A DNA stretch of 64,000 bases from positions 1 to 64,000 of IMG/VR virus record IMGVR_UViG_3300048819_000142. One strand, 5' to 3'. Below the pieces are notes generated by a model. It made no database searches and was not told the DNA's origin. It was given only the letters and a program-made list of their open reading frames with translations. The first letter of the stretch is position 1. Every line of letters starts with the position of its first letter. A program made the translations under genes and the position numbers. This document shows, in pieces, positions 1 through 8,587 of the stretch. This stretch comes from a virus (lineage: Duplodnaviria > Caudoviricetes).

Positions 1-245
1 CGTCACGTCATTGCCGAGCGTCACGTCATTGCCGAGCGTCACGTCATTGCCGAGCGTCACGTCATTGCCGAGCGTCACGTCATTGCCGAGCGTCACGTCA
101 TTGCCGAGCTTCACCCAGTTGCCGAGCGTCACCCAGTTGCCGAGCGTCACCCGGTTGCCGAGCTTCACCCCGTCGCGGAGCGTCACGTCGTTGCCGAGCG
201 TCACCCGGTTGCCGAGCGTCACGTCGTTGCCGAGCTTCACGTCGT
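1..245. repeat. 18-bp tandem repeat (ccgagcgtcacgtcattg and variants), about 13 units
   Basis: Directly visible; encodes the hexapeptide repeat on the minus strand. Confidence 0.95.
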
Positions 246-294
246 CTGGAATTGTGCAATTTGCAAATTTTGACCGTGCGTTTGCTGCCGCCAT
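1..294 (-). CDS. Hexapeptide-repeat (left-handed beta-helix) protein, runs off the window edge
   Basis: ATG at 294-292 with AGGAGG RBS upstream. Manual translation MAAANARSKFANCTIPDDVKLGNDVTLGNRVTLGNDVTL..., repeat unit V(T/K)LGN(D/W/R), fits the LbH [LIV]-G-x4 pattern. Missing from the ORF track. Confidence 0.85.
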   Translation of the reverse strand, partial: MAAANARSKFANCTIPDDVKLGNDVTLGNRVTLGNDVTLRDGVKLGNRVTLGNWVTLGNWVKLGNDVTLGNDVTLGNDVTLGNDVTLGNDVTLGNDVT

Positions 295-355
295 CTTGCC
301 TCCTTACTTGACCTCTGGGACGTATAAGACCATACCGTCAGCAAAGCTGATGGCA

Positions 356-889
356 TTACCACGCGCCGTGTTCGATTGCGCCCAACACGTCCTCGACCTC
401 GGCCATACCCTCGGCGCTGGTGATGAGCGAGAGAGGCGTCCGATTATCTAGGGAAGGTACTTCAGTTTCCAGCCACCGCATTGCCTTCTCGCGGGAGCCA
501 AACACTTCGGTCGCCCTTGCTGACAACGAGACAACGTCTTTGATCGACGTGGGCTCGCCGGTCCGGTCTCCACTTGCGGCAAGCCGAAACATGTTCATCT
601 TTTGCCCATCAGCACCCACCTTCATGAGCTGTCCGTCGCCATCCAGGAGGTCCCAGTGGTCAAGGGGAATGATCGCGACCAATTCCACCTTCTCGGGATT
701 CCAGTTGTTCGTGCTACCGTAGGTTTCCATGAGGTCGCAGAGCGTTCCCTCACCAGTGAAGATGCACGTGGCGACTTCTCGAGCCGCCTCGACCGTCTCA
801 AACTCGACGGGTTGTCCTGCCTCGGTGAACATGACGACATCACCGCTGATGGCAACCCGGAGCATGTACTTCGGATTAAGTAGTTCCAT
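356..889 (-). CDS. Protein with C-terminal Xre/MbcA/ParS antitoxin toxin-binding domain (DUF2384-like)
   Basis: C-terminus VFGSREKAMRWLETEVPSLDNRTPLSLITSAEGMAEVEDVLGAIEHG matches the family pattern; likely start MELLN at 889 via TAATG coupling. Confidence 0.8.
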   Translation of the reverse strand: MELLNPKYMLRVAISGDVVMFTEAGQPVEFETVEAAREVATCIFTGEGTLCDLMETYGSTNNWNPEKVELVAIIPLDHWDLLDGDGQLMKVGADGQKMNMFRLAASGDRTGEPTSIKDVVSLSARATEVFGSREKAMRWLETEVPSLDNRTPLSLITSAEGMAEVEDVLGAIEHGAW

Positions 890-1059
890 TAGTCGAGCAG
901 ACCTCCGTCGTACGAGGGGATCGGTCCCCAGTTGCGCTTGACCTCGAGCCTGTGGTTCGCGTGGTTCTCGAGCCAGAGCAGCCAGCGGAACGTGCTGAAG
1001 ATGCACCGCTCCCACTTGCACGTGTAGTGGTTGAATTTGTAGTTCCCGATGGTCCTCAT
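889..1059 (-). CDS. Small hypothetical protein (56 aa)
   Basis: Manual translation MRTIGNYKFNHYTCKWERC...YDGGLLD*; ATGA and TAATG overlaps with its neighbours. Confidence 0.55.
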   Translation of the reverse strand: MRTIGNYKFNHYTCKWERCIFSTFRWLLWLENHANHRLEVKRNWGPIPSYDGGLLD

Positions 1060-1238
1060 GCCGTAACCCCCACAAGTTTCGTGACGTAATCTAGGACTTC
1101 AGTGTCCTCCTCATAGCCGTACGTTCCGTCGACGAGGGACTCACATTGGACCGAGATGTCCGTCATCAGCATGTCGAGGTGTTGCTCACTAATCGAGTTC
1201 TTCACGGTGATCGTGGTTAGAATCTTGTATGTCATCAC
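1056..1238 (-). CDS. Hypothetical protein
   Basis: ORF overlapping both neighbours in the leftward operon. Confidence 0.6.
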   Translation of the reverse strand: MMTYKILTTITVKNSISEQHLDMLMTDISVQCESLVDGTYGYEEDTEVLDYVTKLVGVTA

Positions 1239-1411
1239 GACACCTCGTCGCCAAGGCTGTCAGACGCCAAGCCACCGAGGTAGGCTGCAAACTCGCGGTC
1301 GAAGCTGACCGCTTCCAGGATCGGCACTACGTCCGCAATCCTGTCGTCGTCGATGTCCTTGATCAAGGCTATCGCTTTCTCAACCAATGAGATCCTGTAC
1401 TGTTCGTCCAT
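1235..1411 (-). CDS. Hypothetical protein (MDEQYR...)
   Basis: Start preceded by the conserved GAGAACTAACATG motif. Confidence 0.6.
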   Translation of the reverse strand: MDEQYRISLVEKAIALIKDIDDDRIADVVPILEAVSFDREFAAYLGGLASDSLGDEVS

Positions 1412-1412
1412 G

Positions 1413-1706
1413 TTAGTTCTCGCGCGCCTCCTCACTGGCAGTGCGACAGGGGGTTTGCTCCTGGACTCCCCGAGCAGACCTCCGTCGTACGAGGAGATCG
1501 GTCCCCAGTGACCAAACAGCGAGCTTGCCTGGGAGAGCATACACGCGAGCTACTCGCGTGTGCTCATCTGTGTAAAGCTCGATAACAGGGCGACCCGCGC
1601 CAGAGTCGCTAATCTCAATTCGTCCGCCAGGTTGTGTATGCAGCGAGCAAAGGTTAAGGTAGCTGCTGAGTGGTGATTCGGGATTGGCTTCGATTGAAAG
1701 GTACAT
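1413..1706 (-). CDS. Hypothetical protein
   Basis: AGGAG RBS and a TATAAT on the minus strand at about 1742-1747. Confidence 0.55.
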   Translation of the reverse strand: MYLSIEANPESPLSSYLNLCSLHTQPGGRIEISDSGAGRPVIELYTDEHTRVARVYALPGKLAVWSLGTDLLVRRRSARGVQEQTPCRTASEEAREN

Positions 1707-1883
1707 GTGATAGTCTCCTAAGCCGCGTTGCGGCTACTTGTATTATACGACAAAAGGCCCGAGATGTCCATCATCAGCATGACGAGGTCTTGCCCACTAA
1801 TCGAGGTCTTGCTCACTAATCGAGTTCTTCACGGTGATCGTGGTGTGACACGCCTGAGCCCTGTTACTAGCGCCGCGTTACGC

Positions 1884-2111
1884 TCAAACCGCTTCAATCA
1901 CCAGCCTACCCTTGTACGGGACCGACCATACAGACGGGTGCACCTTCACGTAATCGAGCAACGATACCAATACCTCGGTGTACTGTACTGTCTCTGTGAC
2001 GGCACGTGCATCCCAGCTTACCACGCTAGCGCATAGCCTGCTACCTTCCACCGTGACAACACGCGGTATATCTTCGCTCGGAAAAAACTGCGTAACTCGT
2101 ATCATATTCAC
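1884..2111 (-). CDS. Hypothetical protein
   Basis: ORF with GAGG RBS in the leftward cluster. Confidence 0.5.
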   Translation of the reverse strand: MNMIRVTQFFPSEDIPRVVTVEGSRLCASVVSWDARAVTETVQYTEVLVSLLDYVKVHPSVWSVPYKGRLVIEAV

Positions 2112-2402
2112 CTCATCAGGACGAGATTAACTGAAGATTGGAACTGGTGTTGTGAACATGAGTTCGCACGACCAGCTCCGACATCCAGGACAAAGCCAAC
2201 GGGTTAAAGATCTAATAACCAGGAACAAACTGGCTTCCAGGTTCAACCGAGTATGGTCAAAGCTGGGGCAAGACTTTTTTTCTCCAACCCGTTTTTGCGG
2301 GCAAGGACGGTTTAATTCGCCCCTGCCCGCATGCGGGAAGCTTCGTCTTGTTTCTTCGAAACAGACGACGTTAAATTCGAGGCGTAAACTTCACGCCCCG
2401 AA

Positions 2403-3245
2403 TCACTGCCACCGTAGCACGTTCGCGTTGAGCAGCTCGCTGCGGTAGTACTGGAAGATGCGCACGGGATTCTGCTTTGTGCGCAGGATGCCGCTCTTCT
2501 GGCCAGCTTCGATCAGCGCGAAGATGTCCGGTTCGGTGAGCTGCACGACCGGCTTGCCTCCCACTTCCGTGGTGAACTTGGCAGCGACTTCGGGCGCGAA
2601 GAGGATCTGCTCGAGTTGTGCGACCTGCGGGGTATTGTGCCACGCCGGGGGCTTGCTGAGCAGGGTGTACTTCACGTTGGGACGAGCTTTGCTGCCGCTC
2701 GCCACGCGCTTGCCGGAACCCCTGGCTTTCAGCTTCTCGATCTCGGCCTGGAGGTTCATGATGATCGCGCGAGCAGCTGCAGGCACGTCCGCGAGGGCAT
2801 CAGCTGCGGTCCAGCGTGCGGGCGGCGGGTGCACGACCGCGGTTTCAGCAACCGTGCCCGTGGTCTCCTCGACCGGGACGTCCGGCTGGGGATTGGGCAG
2901 TTGCTCCTCGACCGGAACTTCCTGCGCGACGACCTGACCGTGGTTCGCCCCGTCCTGCGAAACCTGATCGGCACCCACGACTTCGGGATCCTTGGTTTCG
3001 CCGCCCTCGTCAGGGGGGCTGTTGGGGTCCACGTCTGCGAGGGCAAGACCAAGGTACTCGCGCAGCTCGTCGTCCGTGGTGTTCGTGTAGTCGGGGACTT
3101 CGCCAACCGCCTCGTCGAACGGTTTCATGGCTGCGATAAGTTCTTCGCGGGACATGTTGTTGGTGCGGTTGGAACCCTGGGCAGCATCCAGCACTGCCGT
3201 GGGACCAGTTTCGTTGGCACGGTTATTACGGTTCTTCTTGCTCAT
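2403..3245 (-). CDS. Acidic N-terminus, coiled coil and putative winged-helix C-terminal domain (paralog 1)
   Basis: KYTLL..W..PQV...TE..I...L.TKQNPVRIFQYYR motif shared with 5884-6405 and 7426-8127. Confidence 0.75.
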   Translation of the reverse strand: MSKKNRNNRANETGPTAVLDAAQGSNRTNNMSREELIAAMKPFDEAVGEVPDYTNTTDDELREYLGLALADVDPNSPPDEGGETKDPEVVGADQVSQDGANHGQVVAQEVPVEEQLPNPQPDVPVEETTGTVAETAVVHPPPARWTAADALADVPAAARAIIMNLQAEIEKLKARGSGKRVASGSKARPNVKYTLLSKPPAWHNTPQVAQLEQILFAPEVAAKFTTEVGGKPVVQLTEPDIFALIEAGQKSGILRTKQNPVRIFQYYRSELLNANVLRWQ

Positions 3246-3479
3246 GTTACCTCGTTTTGACCTGAGAGAGGGTTTCCATGCAATGGGGTTCTCTCCCTCG
3301 GGTTTCCTATCGTGGGGTCATTCTCAACCGCCCCACTGATACCATTCTATCACAGATTTGACTCAGATGTGCGGGAATGTTAGTGTCCCGAACCACTTTG
3401 GTAGGACCCAGAAACATGGCCCCCTCAAGGCGAAGTTGCCGAAGCAGCCGGTATCGAGAACCCAGACTCTGCACACCAA

Positions 3480-3913
3480 AATCGCCTCACAAAACCATTG
3501 TACAGCGGATTTGGGCTGAATTGGCGGGAGAATTGGGCCATGGTGGCGGAGTGTGGAGTCCGGAGACCTGTTGCCAGAGTCTTGAGTCCGGAGTCTGGGG
3601 GCCGCCCCCAGGAACCCGCCTCTTCCCGTCTAGACCCCAGACTCCAGGCCCCATTGCACGGAGACCCGCGTCTTCCCGCCCAAAACGAGAGCCCGCAGGT
3701 TCCTGCGCGCGACCCGTTTCTGGCGCGAGTTTTCGTCTGTCCTCGCCTTTGGGAACCGGACTCCGGCCTCCCGCTTCTCCACCTTCTTCTGCCTATTCCA
3801 GTTCATTGTTCGTGTCCTCTCGACGCTGGAGACTGGAGTCCGGAGACCCGCGTGTTCCTGACCGTCGCTTGGTAGAATCGCCTTACAAATCCATTATACA
3901 GCGGAAATGGGCT
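3480..3913. repeat. 38-bp direct repeat pair (3480-3517, 3876-3913; 33/38 identical) with interspersed 7-bp YGGAGWC arrays
   Basis: Visible; each copy contains TACAAT or TATAAT on the minus strand. Confidence 0.8.
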
Positions 3914-4109
3914 CGGCGCTCCCGGATCGTTGAATGCCAGTTCGGGCTGCCGGGTAGGCGGGCGGCGGGAAAGAGCGGCTGGGGGCTGGAGTCTGGTGTC
4001 CGCGGGATCCTGACGGGAACCCGCCACTTCGGGCGCCCTGTTAGGGAAGAAGTCTCACGCTAGACGCGGTGGTGGTCTAGCGCGCCAGATCAGATATTTC
4101 ACTGAATTT

Positions 4110-4472
4110 TTACGCTCCGATCAGCGTCCTGATCTTCTCCTCGAGTTCGATGATGCGAACGTCCTGTTCGCTCTTTCCTTCCAGCTTCGCGATCGCTACC
4201 TTCGGTGCAACTGGCTCCCCTGTCTTGACGATCGTGACAGAGGACCTCGGTACCATCTGGCGTGCTGCCCGCTGCTTGCGAGAACCGCGGAGGCACATTT
4301 TATCCCGCAATTTCTCCGCGCTCGACGTCTCGTGCCACACTTCTTCGTAGCCGTCGCCGTCGGGCTTATAGAAGCCGCGGAACTCCTTTGCATTGAGCTT
4401 CACGGGTTCACCGCGAAGTCTGTAGTTGGAGGTGAGGCCGCCGATCTGATTGATGTTCATTGCGTTGTTCAC
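4110..4472 (-). CDS. Hypothetical protein with C-terminal coiled coil
   Basis: AGGAGAACTAAC RBS motif upstream. Confidence 0.7.
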   Translation of the reverse strand: MNNAMNINQIGGLTSNYRLRGEPVKLNAKEFRGFYKPDGDGYEEVWHETSSAEKLRDKMCLRGSRKQRAARQMVPRSSVTIVKTGEPVAPKVAIAKLEGKSEQDVRIIELEEKIRTLIGA

Positions 4473-4476
4473 GTTG

Positions 4477-4749
4477 TTAGTTCTCCTTCTCTTGAATTGC
4501 TACTATTTCGTACATCTCGCCAGCGTGCACGATGTGCCAACCCACTTGGATCGGCGTGTTGTCATCCTCGCCGTCCGCCTCAACCACTCCGGAAATATGC
4601 TCGCCGCCAAGTTCAGCGTCGCAGAATTCCTTAAACGTAATAACTGTGCAATCTCCCGGAAAATCGCACACAGTTATCCATTGAAGTCCTCCAGATTCAT
4701 CCTTGACCTGGAACCTATCACCTATATCTGTCTGTCTCACGTCTTGCAT
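4477..4749 (-). CDS. Hypothetical protein (MQDVRQ...)
   Basis: AGGAGAACTAACATG start motif. Confidence 0.7.
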   Translation of the reverse strand: MQDVRQTDIGDRFQVKDESGGLQWITVCDFPGDCTVITFKEFCDAELGGEHISGVVEADGEDDNTPIQVGWHIVHAGEMYEIVAIQEKEN

Positions 4750-4750
4750 G

Positions 4751-5068
4751 TTAGTTCTCCTCTTCCTCGTTTTCTGCGCAGATTGGGCATGGCGGCACAG
4801 CAGGCAACTCCACAAACATCACGCCACCCTCGATCAGCTTAACGAACTGTTCGTGAAATTCCCCAGAAATCTCAGCGGACAGTCTTAGCCAAACGGCCCG
4901 CTTGACCTCTTGATCATTCCACAGCTGCCAGGCGTCCCGCACCATATACTGAATAGTACTGGAGACGCTGTCGATCGTTGTACCTTCCTCGTGCCCTGTT
5001 TCGATGTATACTTCAAATGTTGCTTCTTCCATGGTTAATTCCTTTCCTTGGCCTCTTCGTATCTTCAT
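4751..5068 (-). CDS. Hypothetical protein with C-terminal CPIC
   Basis: Tightly packed ORF with RBS. Confidence 0.65.
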   Translation of the reverse strand: MKIRRGQGKELTMEEATFEVYIETGHEEGTTIDSVSSTIQYMVRDAWQLWNDQEVKRAVWLRLSAEISGEFHEQFVKLIEGGVMFVELPAVPPCPICAENEEEEN

Positions 5069-5070
5069 TG

Positions 5071-5424
5071 TTAGTTTCCTTTCTTGATTCTCTGCTCAAA
5101 CTGCCACTGCATGATATACGGCACAAGCAGACCGGAATTGTCTGCACCGAACTGTTCAAGATCGCTCACCAGATCAACCATGTTATCCGCGACGTCCTCA
5201 GGACGATCAGTCAGAAGATTCACGTACCCGTTCTCCTTGACAGCATTATCCAAGGATTCAAAGATCAGCTGCTTGAAGCACAGGACGTTGTCCACCATCA
5301 GGTACTTCTCTATGTAGCAGACTTCACATACATGACCTCCACCCTGATGTTGAATCGCATATGCGTCCTCCTCAAACACTTCACTTCCGCAACCAAAGCA
5401 AGTGACTACCGTTTTATTTTCCAT
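5071..5424 (-). CDS. Hypothetical zinc-ribbon protein (CFGC...CEVC)
   Basis: Paired CxxC motifs, RBS. Confidence 0.7.
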   Translation of the reverse strand: MENKTVVTCFGCGSEVFEEDAYAIQHQGGGHVCEVCYIEKYLMVDNVLCFKQLIFESLDNAVKENGYVNLLTDRPEDVADNMVDLVSDLEQFGADNSGLLVPYIMQWQFEQRIKKGN

Positions 5425-5425
5425 G

Positions 5426-5884
5426 TTAATTTCCTTTCTTGACCATTGCCATCAGGGCAGCAAGCTGCCCCTCGAGTTGAGCGATCCTGTTCGTCTTCAC
5501 CAGGTCCTTGGGTTCTGGCTTCGGCGCCTTCGCCATTGCCTCGCGCCGCAGCTGATATTTCCTCAGGCGAACATTCTCACGATTGCCGAGCAGCGGTTCT
5601 TTGCCAAGCTCCTGCTCGACAAGACCCAGTGCATCAGGTTCCCAGCACTGCAGGTCAATTGCACCGCATGACCAGCACTTCCAGGTCCACTTCGTTTCCC
5701 ATGGTTTGTACGCTCGGAAGACTTGCAAGCCGGTCAAGTAGCGCCTTTTTCCCGTCTCTTCGTCTTCTTCCACGTCCCCACAGAACCGGCATCCCTTCAT
5801 TGGACTGCCGACCTTGTACATGACTTTACGTTCGCGCCAAGTGGCCGCGGACGCGTCCTTCATCGATGCTTGTAGCTTCGTCAT
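5426..5884 (-). CDS. Hypothetical zinc-finger protein (CRFC...CWSC) with C-terminal coiled coil
   Basis: Paired CxxC motifs; TAATG coupling. Confidence 0.7.
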   Translation of the reverse strand: MTKLQASMKDASAATWRERKVMYKVGSPMKGCRFCGDVEEDEETGKRRYLTGLQVFRAYKPWETKWTWKCWSCGAIDLQCWEPDALGLVEQELGKEPLLGNRENVRLRKYQLRREAMAKAPKPEPKDLVKTNRIAQLEGQLAALMAMVKKGN

Positions 5885-6405
5885 TAGATCCTCTCGAAGT
5901 GGCCGTGCGCCACCAGTCCCTCATTGTGGTTGCCCTTGTAGTAGTCCCAGATGCGCTTTCCACCCTGCTTAGTGTTCAGCACGTGTTCGTTGGCGACCAT
6001 CATGTTCACGATATCACTCTCGTCCAGGACGTCCCCTGGCTTCGCGTGCGCCGCGATGATGTGCATCACAGCTAGCACCTGAGGTTTGGTGGACCACGTC
6101 ACCTCGGTCTTGAGCAACCGATACTTCCTCGTGGCTCTCTGTACAGGGGGCATGATCGGTCTCACGTCCCCCTTGAGTTTTGCCAGTTGGTCGAGCAGCG
6201 CCTTGAGTTGGGCTTGCGGATCCTCGACAACGACTGGCATTGCAGCGAATGCCTGGCGCTTAAAGTCGACCCAGCCCATTATCTCCTTGTCCTCGATCGC
6301 TTCCGTGAATTCGCGACCCCAGTGACGGACCATCGCTTCGAGTTCAGCAGAGGTTTCGCTCTCGCTGACTTCTTCTTGTATTGCGCGTCTGCGTTCTGTT
6401 AACAT
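5884..6405 (-). CDS. Coiled coil and putative winged-helix protein (paralog 2)
   Basis: KYRLL...W.TKPQV...LNTKQGGKRIWDYYKG; AGGAG-TAACATG start. Confidence 0.75.
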   Translation of the reverse strand: MLTERRRAIQEEVSESETSAELEAMVRHWGREFTEAIEDKEIMGWVDFKRQAFAAMPVVVEDPQAQLKALLDQLAKLKGDVRPIMPPVQRATRKYRLLKTEVTWSTKPQVLAVMHIIAAHAKPGDVLDESDIVNMMVANEHVLNTKQGGKRIWDYYKGNHNEGLVAHGHFERI

Positions 6406-6665
6406 GTTACTCCTTTCAAGGGAACTTTTAGCGTGCACCGCCGAGACACATAGATCTTTGGCGGATCTTGCTTCGGTGTCGCTTTCATTAGTGCGACCCA
6501 GGGAGAGTCATCAAGTTGCGGCGACCTCTCATATCCTTGAGCATACTTCGGATTCTGCTGGCAGTACGCTTCGCAGTCTTCGCGGTGTATGAAGTACGCG
6601 TTAGGGACTGCACCGCCCCACGCGACATACACCGTGTGCATCAGGTACACAAACGTCATGTTCAT
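6399..6665 (-). CDS. Hypothetical protein
   Basis: ORF with RBS. Confidence 0.6.
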   Translation of the reverse strand: MNMTFVYLMHTVYVAWGGAVPNAYFIHREDCEAYCQQNPKYAQGYERSPQLDDSPWVALMKATPKQDPPKIYVSRRCTLKVPLKGVTC

Positions 6666-6679
6666 TAAATTCTACCTTT

Positions 6680-6823
6680 CTATTTTATACTGTTTATGAG
6701 TTGAATGATTCTGGGAATGTACGGCATAATCATCAGTGCCGCACCCACGAGGGCGGCGATTAGGCCGCCCCAGTCGCTACCCTTATTGTCGGGGCTACCA
6801 TGCTCGCCCCAGTCCTGAAGCAT
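6680..6823 (-). CDS. Small single-pass membrane protein (47 aa)
   Basis: Manual translation MLQDWGEHGSPDNKGSDWGGLIAALVGAALMIMPYIPRIIQLINSIK*; TAATG coupling. Confidence 0.55.
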   Translation of the reverse strand: MLQDWGEHGSPDNKGSDWGGLIAALVGAALMIMPYIPRIIQLINSIK

Positions 6824-6999
6824 TAGATCTCCCTCACGATCTTCGCAAGCTTTCCAGCTTCGATATGCAGTTGGCTGGACAACCCCAGCATTGGAAGGCC
6901 GGCGGCGAGACCTTGCTCGCGCTTCGTTTTCGCCGCCATAGTCGCCGCCTCGTTGAGCTCGGCAATGATATTCAAGAGTTTCGCTTTAAGTTCGTTCAT
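6823..6999 (-). CDS. Small helical hypothetical protein (MNELKAK...)
   Basis: AGGAG RBS directly after the 51-bp repeat. Confidence 0.65.
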   Translation of the reverse strand: MNELKAKLLNIIAELNEAATMAAKTKREQGLAAGLPMLGLSSQLHIEAGKLAKIVREI

Positions 7000-7009
7000 G
7001 ATATTCTCC

Positions 7010-7403
7010 TTTGCGATTCCATGATTTCCGGAACAGTCATCGCGAACCAATCCACTACTCTCAACTACAGGGAAAGAAGCTCGTTAGCCTCGACACACTG
7101 ACGGTTGGCTTCGTTGCGAATAGCTTCCTCCATTACGCGATGACTGCCAATCTCAAAGCCCAGAGCAGGAAGTTGGGAAAGATAGAACAGCAGTTCGTCG
7201 TCGTGCTTCAAGAACACCTCGGACGTAGGGATGCCAAGTTCTTCGGGAGGACCAGCCTGCTCCCAACCAAGCTGTTCCATAGCCTTACTGAACAGCCCGT
7301 TCTCGAGAAGCCAACCTACGTTAAGAGCAACTCTCATACTTATCTCCTTTTATTTGCGATTCCATGATTTCCGGAACAGTCATCGCGAACCAATCCACTA
7401 CTC
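7010..7403. repeat. Identical 51-bp intergenic direct repeats (7010-7060, 7353-7403) flanking gene 7065-7337
   Basis: tttgcgattccatgatttccggaacagtcatcgcgaaccaatccactactc occurs twice. Confidence 0.95.
7065..7337 (-). CDS. Hypothetical protein
   Basis: AGGAG RBS; bounded by repeats. Confidence 0.7.
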   Translation of the reverse strand: MRVALNVGWLLENGLFSKAMEQLGWEQAGPPEELGIPTSEVFLKHDDELLFYLSQLPALGFEIGSHRVMEEAIRNEANRQCVEANELLSL

Positions 7404-7425
7404 AACAGGTAGCGCCTGCTGTTGA

Positions 7426-8127
7426 TTAACCGATCTGCTTGATGAAGTTGCGCGCGATGAAGCCTGCGTGCTTGCCATCGTTCTTCAGCCCGCGGTAGTA
7501 CCTAAAGAGGTAGGTCGGATCCTGCTTGGAAGAGTAGATGGATGCATAGTCACCAGCGTTGTCGACCAGTGCAGTGAACAGCGCGTCTTCCGTAACCTCT
7601 TCACCAATCTTAAAGTTCTTGGTGAGCAGGTCCGCGATATCAGCCTGCTGCTGCGGCACCTTACCCCACTTGTTGAGCGTCGCGCTCAACAGCACGTACT
7701 TGCGACCGGCTGCGGCTTTACCTGGCCGTTGATTCTTCTTCACTTTCGTCACGTTCGTTCCTTTCAGCTCATTGAGCTCGTCAGTCAGCTTCTGGATCAT
7801 CGCCATCAAGGCATCACTGTTCATCGTCTTCTTCTCCTCTTCTTTCGGCCGTTCAACTACCAATTCCAGTTCACCAGGCTCCTCGACCAAGCCCGTGAGG
7901 TCCAACTTCTCCTCTTCGGTCCGCGTGTCCTCCTGATTCAGCTGCTCCAGGTCATCAATGCCACAGCAGCGTTCGGGAACTTCCTCGCCATTCTCCTCGG
8001 CGAAGTTCTGCTGCTCGAGCATCTGCAGTGCGTTGATACCACAGTTGGTGCATTCGGGATACATCGTTGTTTCTTCTCCTTTCACTTCAACGTTCTCAGC
8101 TACTGTGTTGTTGGTTACTGCGTTCAT
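7426..8127 (-). CDS. Cys-motif, acidic region, coiled coil and putative winged-helix protein (paralog 3)
   Basis: KYVLL....W..VPQQ...TED.LF...SKQDPTYLFRYYRG. Confidence 0.75.
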   Translation of the reverse strand: MNAVTNNTVAENVEVKGEETTMYPECTNCGINALQMLEQQNFAEENGEEVPERCCGIDDLEQLNQEDTRTEEEKLDLTGLVEEPGELELVVERPKEEEKKTMNSDALMAMIQKLTDELNELKGTNVTKVKKNQRPGKAAAGRKYVLLSATLNKWGKVPQQQADIADLLTKNFKIGEEVTEDALFTALVDNAGDYASIYSSKQDPTYLFRYYRGLKNDGKHAGFIARNFIKQIG

Positions 8128-8231
8128 GTTGCTACGTCCTCGGCTCAAGATCTATGCAGGAGGGAGCCATTCTCCTGTGGTCACGGCAGACCGTAGCACC
8201 TTGCATCTGCCGTGCCATCACTACCTAGGAC

Positions 8232-8489
8232 CTATACAGCTTCATTGCAATTGATGCAGATGCCGTTGATGCTGGCAACATGCAAGCACTTACCGTACAC
8301 CATGTCGTTGAGCTGTACCTTGCTCTTCGCATGTGGCGTACGACTTATGCTGGGTGACAGAGCGTGGACTCTCTCATCGAGTCTGAACAGCACCAGATCC
8401 ATTCTCGTATCTCCTTCATACTCTGCAAGTCTGCTCAGTACGATAGTCTGCGCATCGTACAGCGCCTTGATTTCGTCCCACTTCTTCAT
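8232..8489 (-). CDS. Hypothetical protein with C-terminal C-x-H...CxxC
   Basis: GAGGAG RBS; start at 8489 or 8495. Confidence 0.65.
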   Translation of the reverse strand: MKKWDEIKALYDAQTIVLSRLAEYEGDTRMDLVLFRLDERVHALSPSISRTPHAKSKVQLNDMVYGKCLHVASINGICINCNEAV

Positions 8490-8587
8490 GTTCATTCTCC
8501 TCGGCTCAAGATCTAGCAGGAGGGAGCCATTCTCCTGTAGTACCGCATAGTGTAGCGCATCCATGCGGTACTGTCACTAGCTAGGAC

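Noticed and set aside
11-451. Plus-strand ORF with SVTSLP repeats
   Set aside because: Antisense shadow of the minus-strand LbH gene, which has the RBS and matches operon direction
894-1844. Diversity-generating retroelement TR/VR pair
   Set aside because: Mismatches are not adenine-specific and no reverse transcriptase is present in the window
2297-2331. Terminator after gene 2403-3245
   Set aside because: A hairpin is present, but no U-tract follows it on either strand
3377-4063. 228-aa plus-strand ORF
   Set aside because: Low-complexity translation of GC-rich repeats, opposite to operon direction, no RBS
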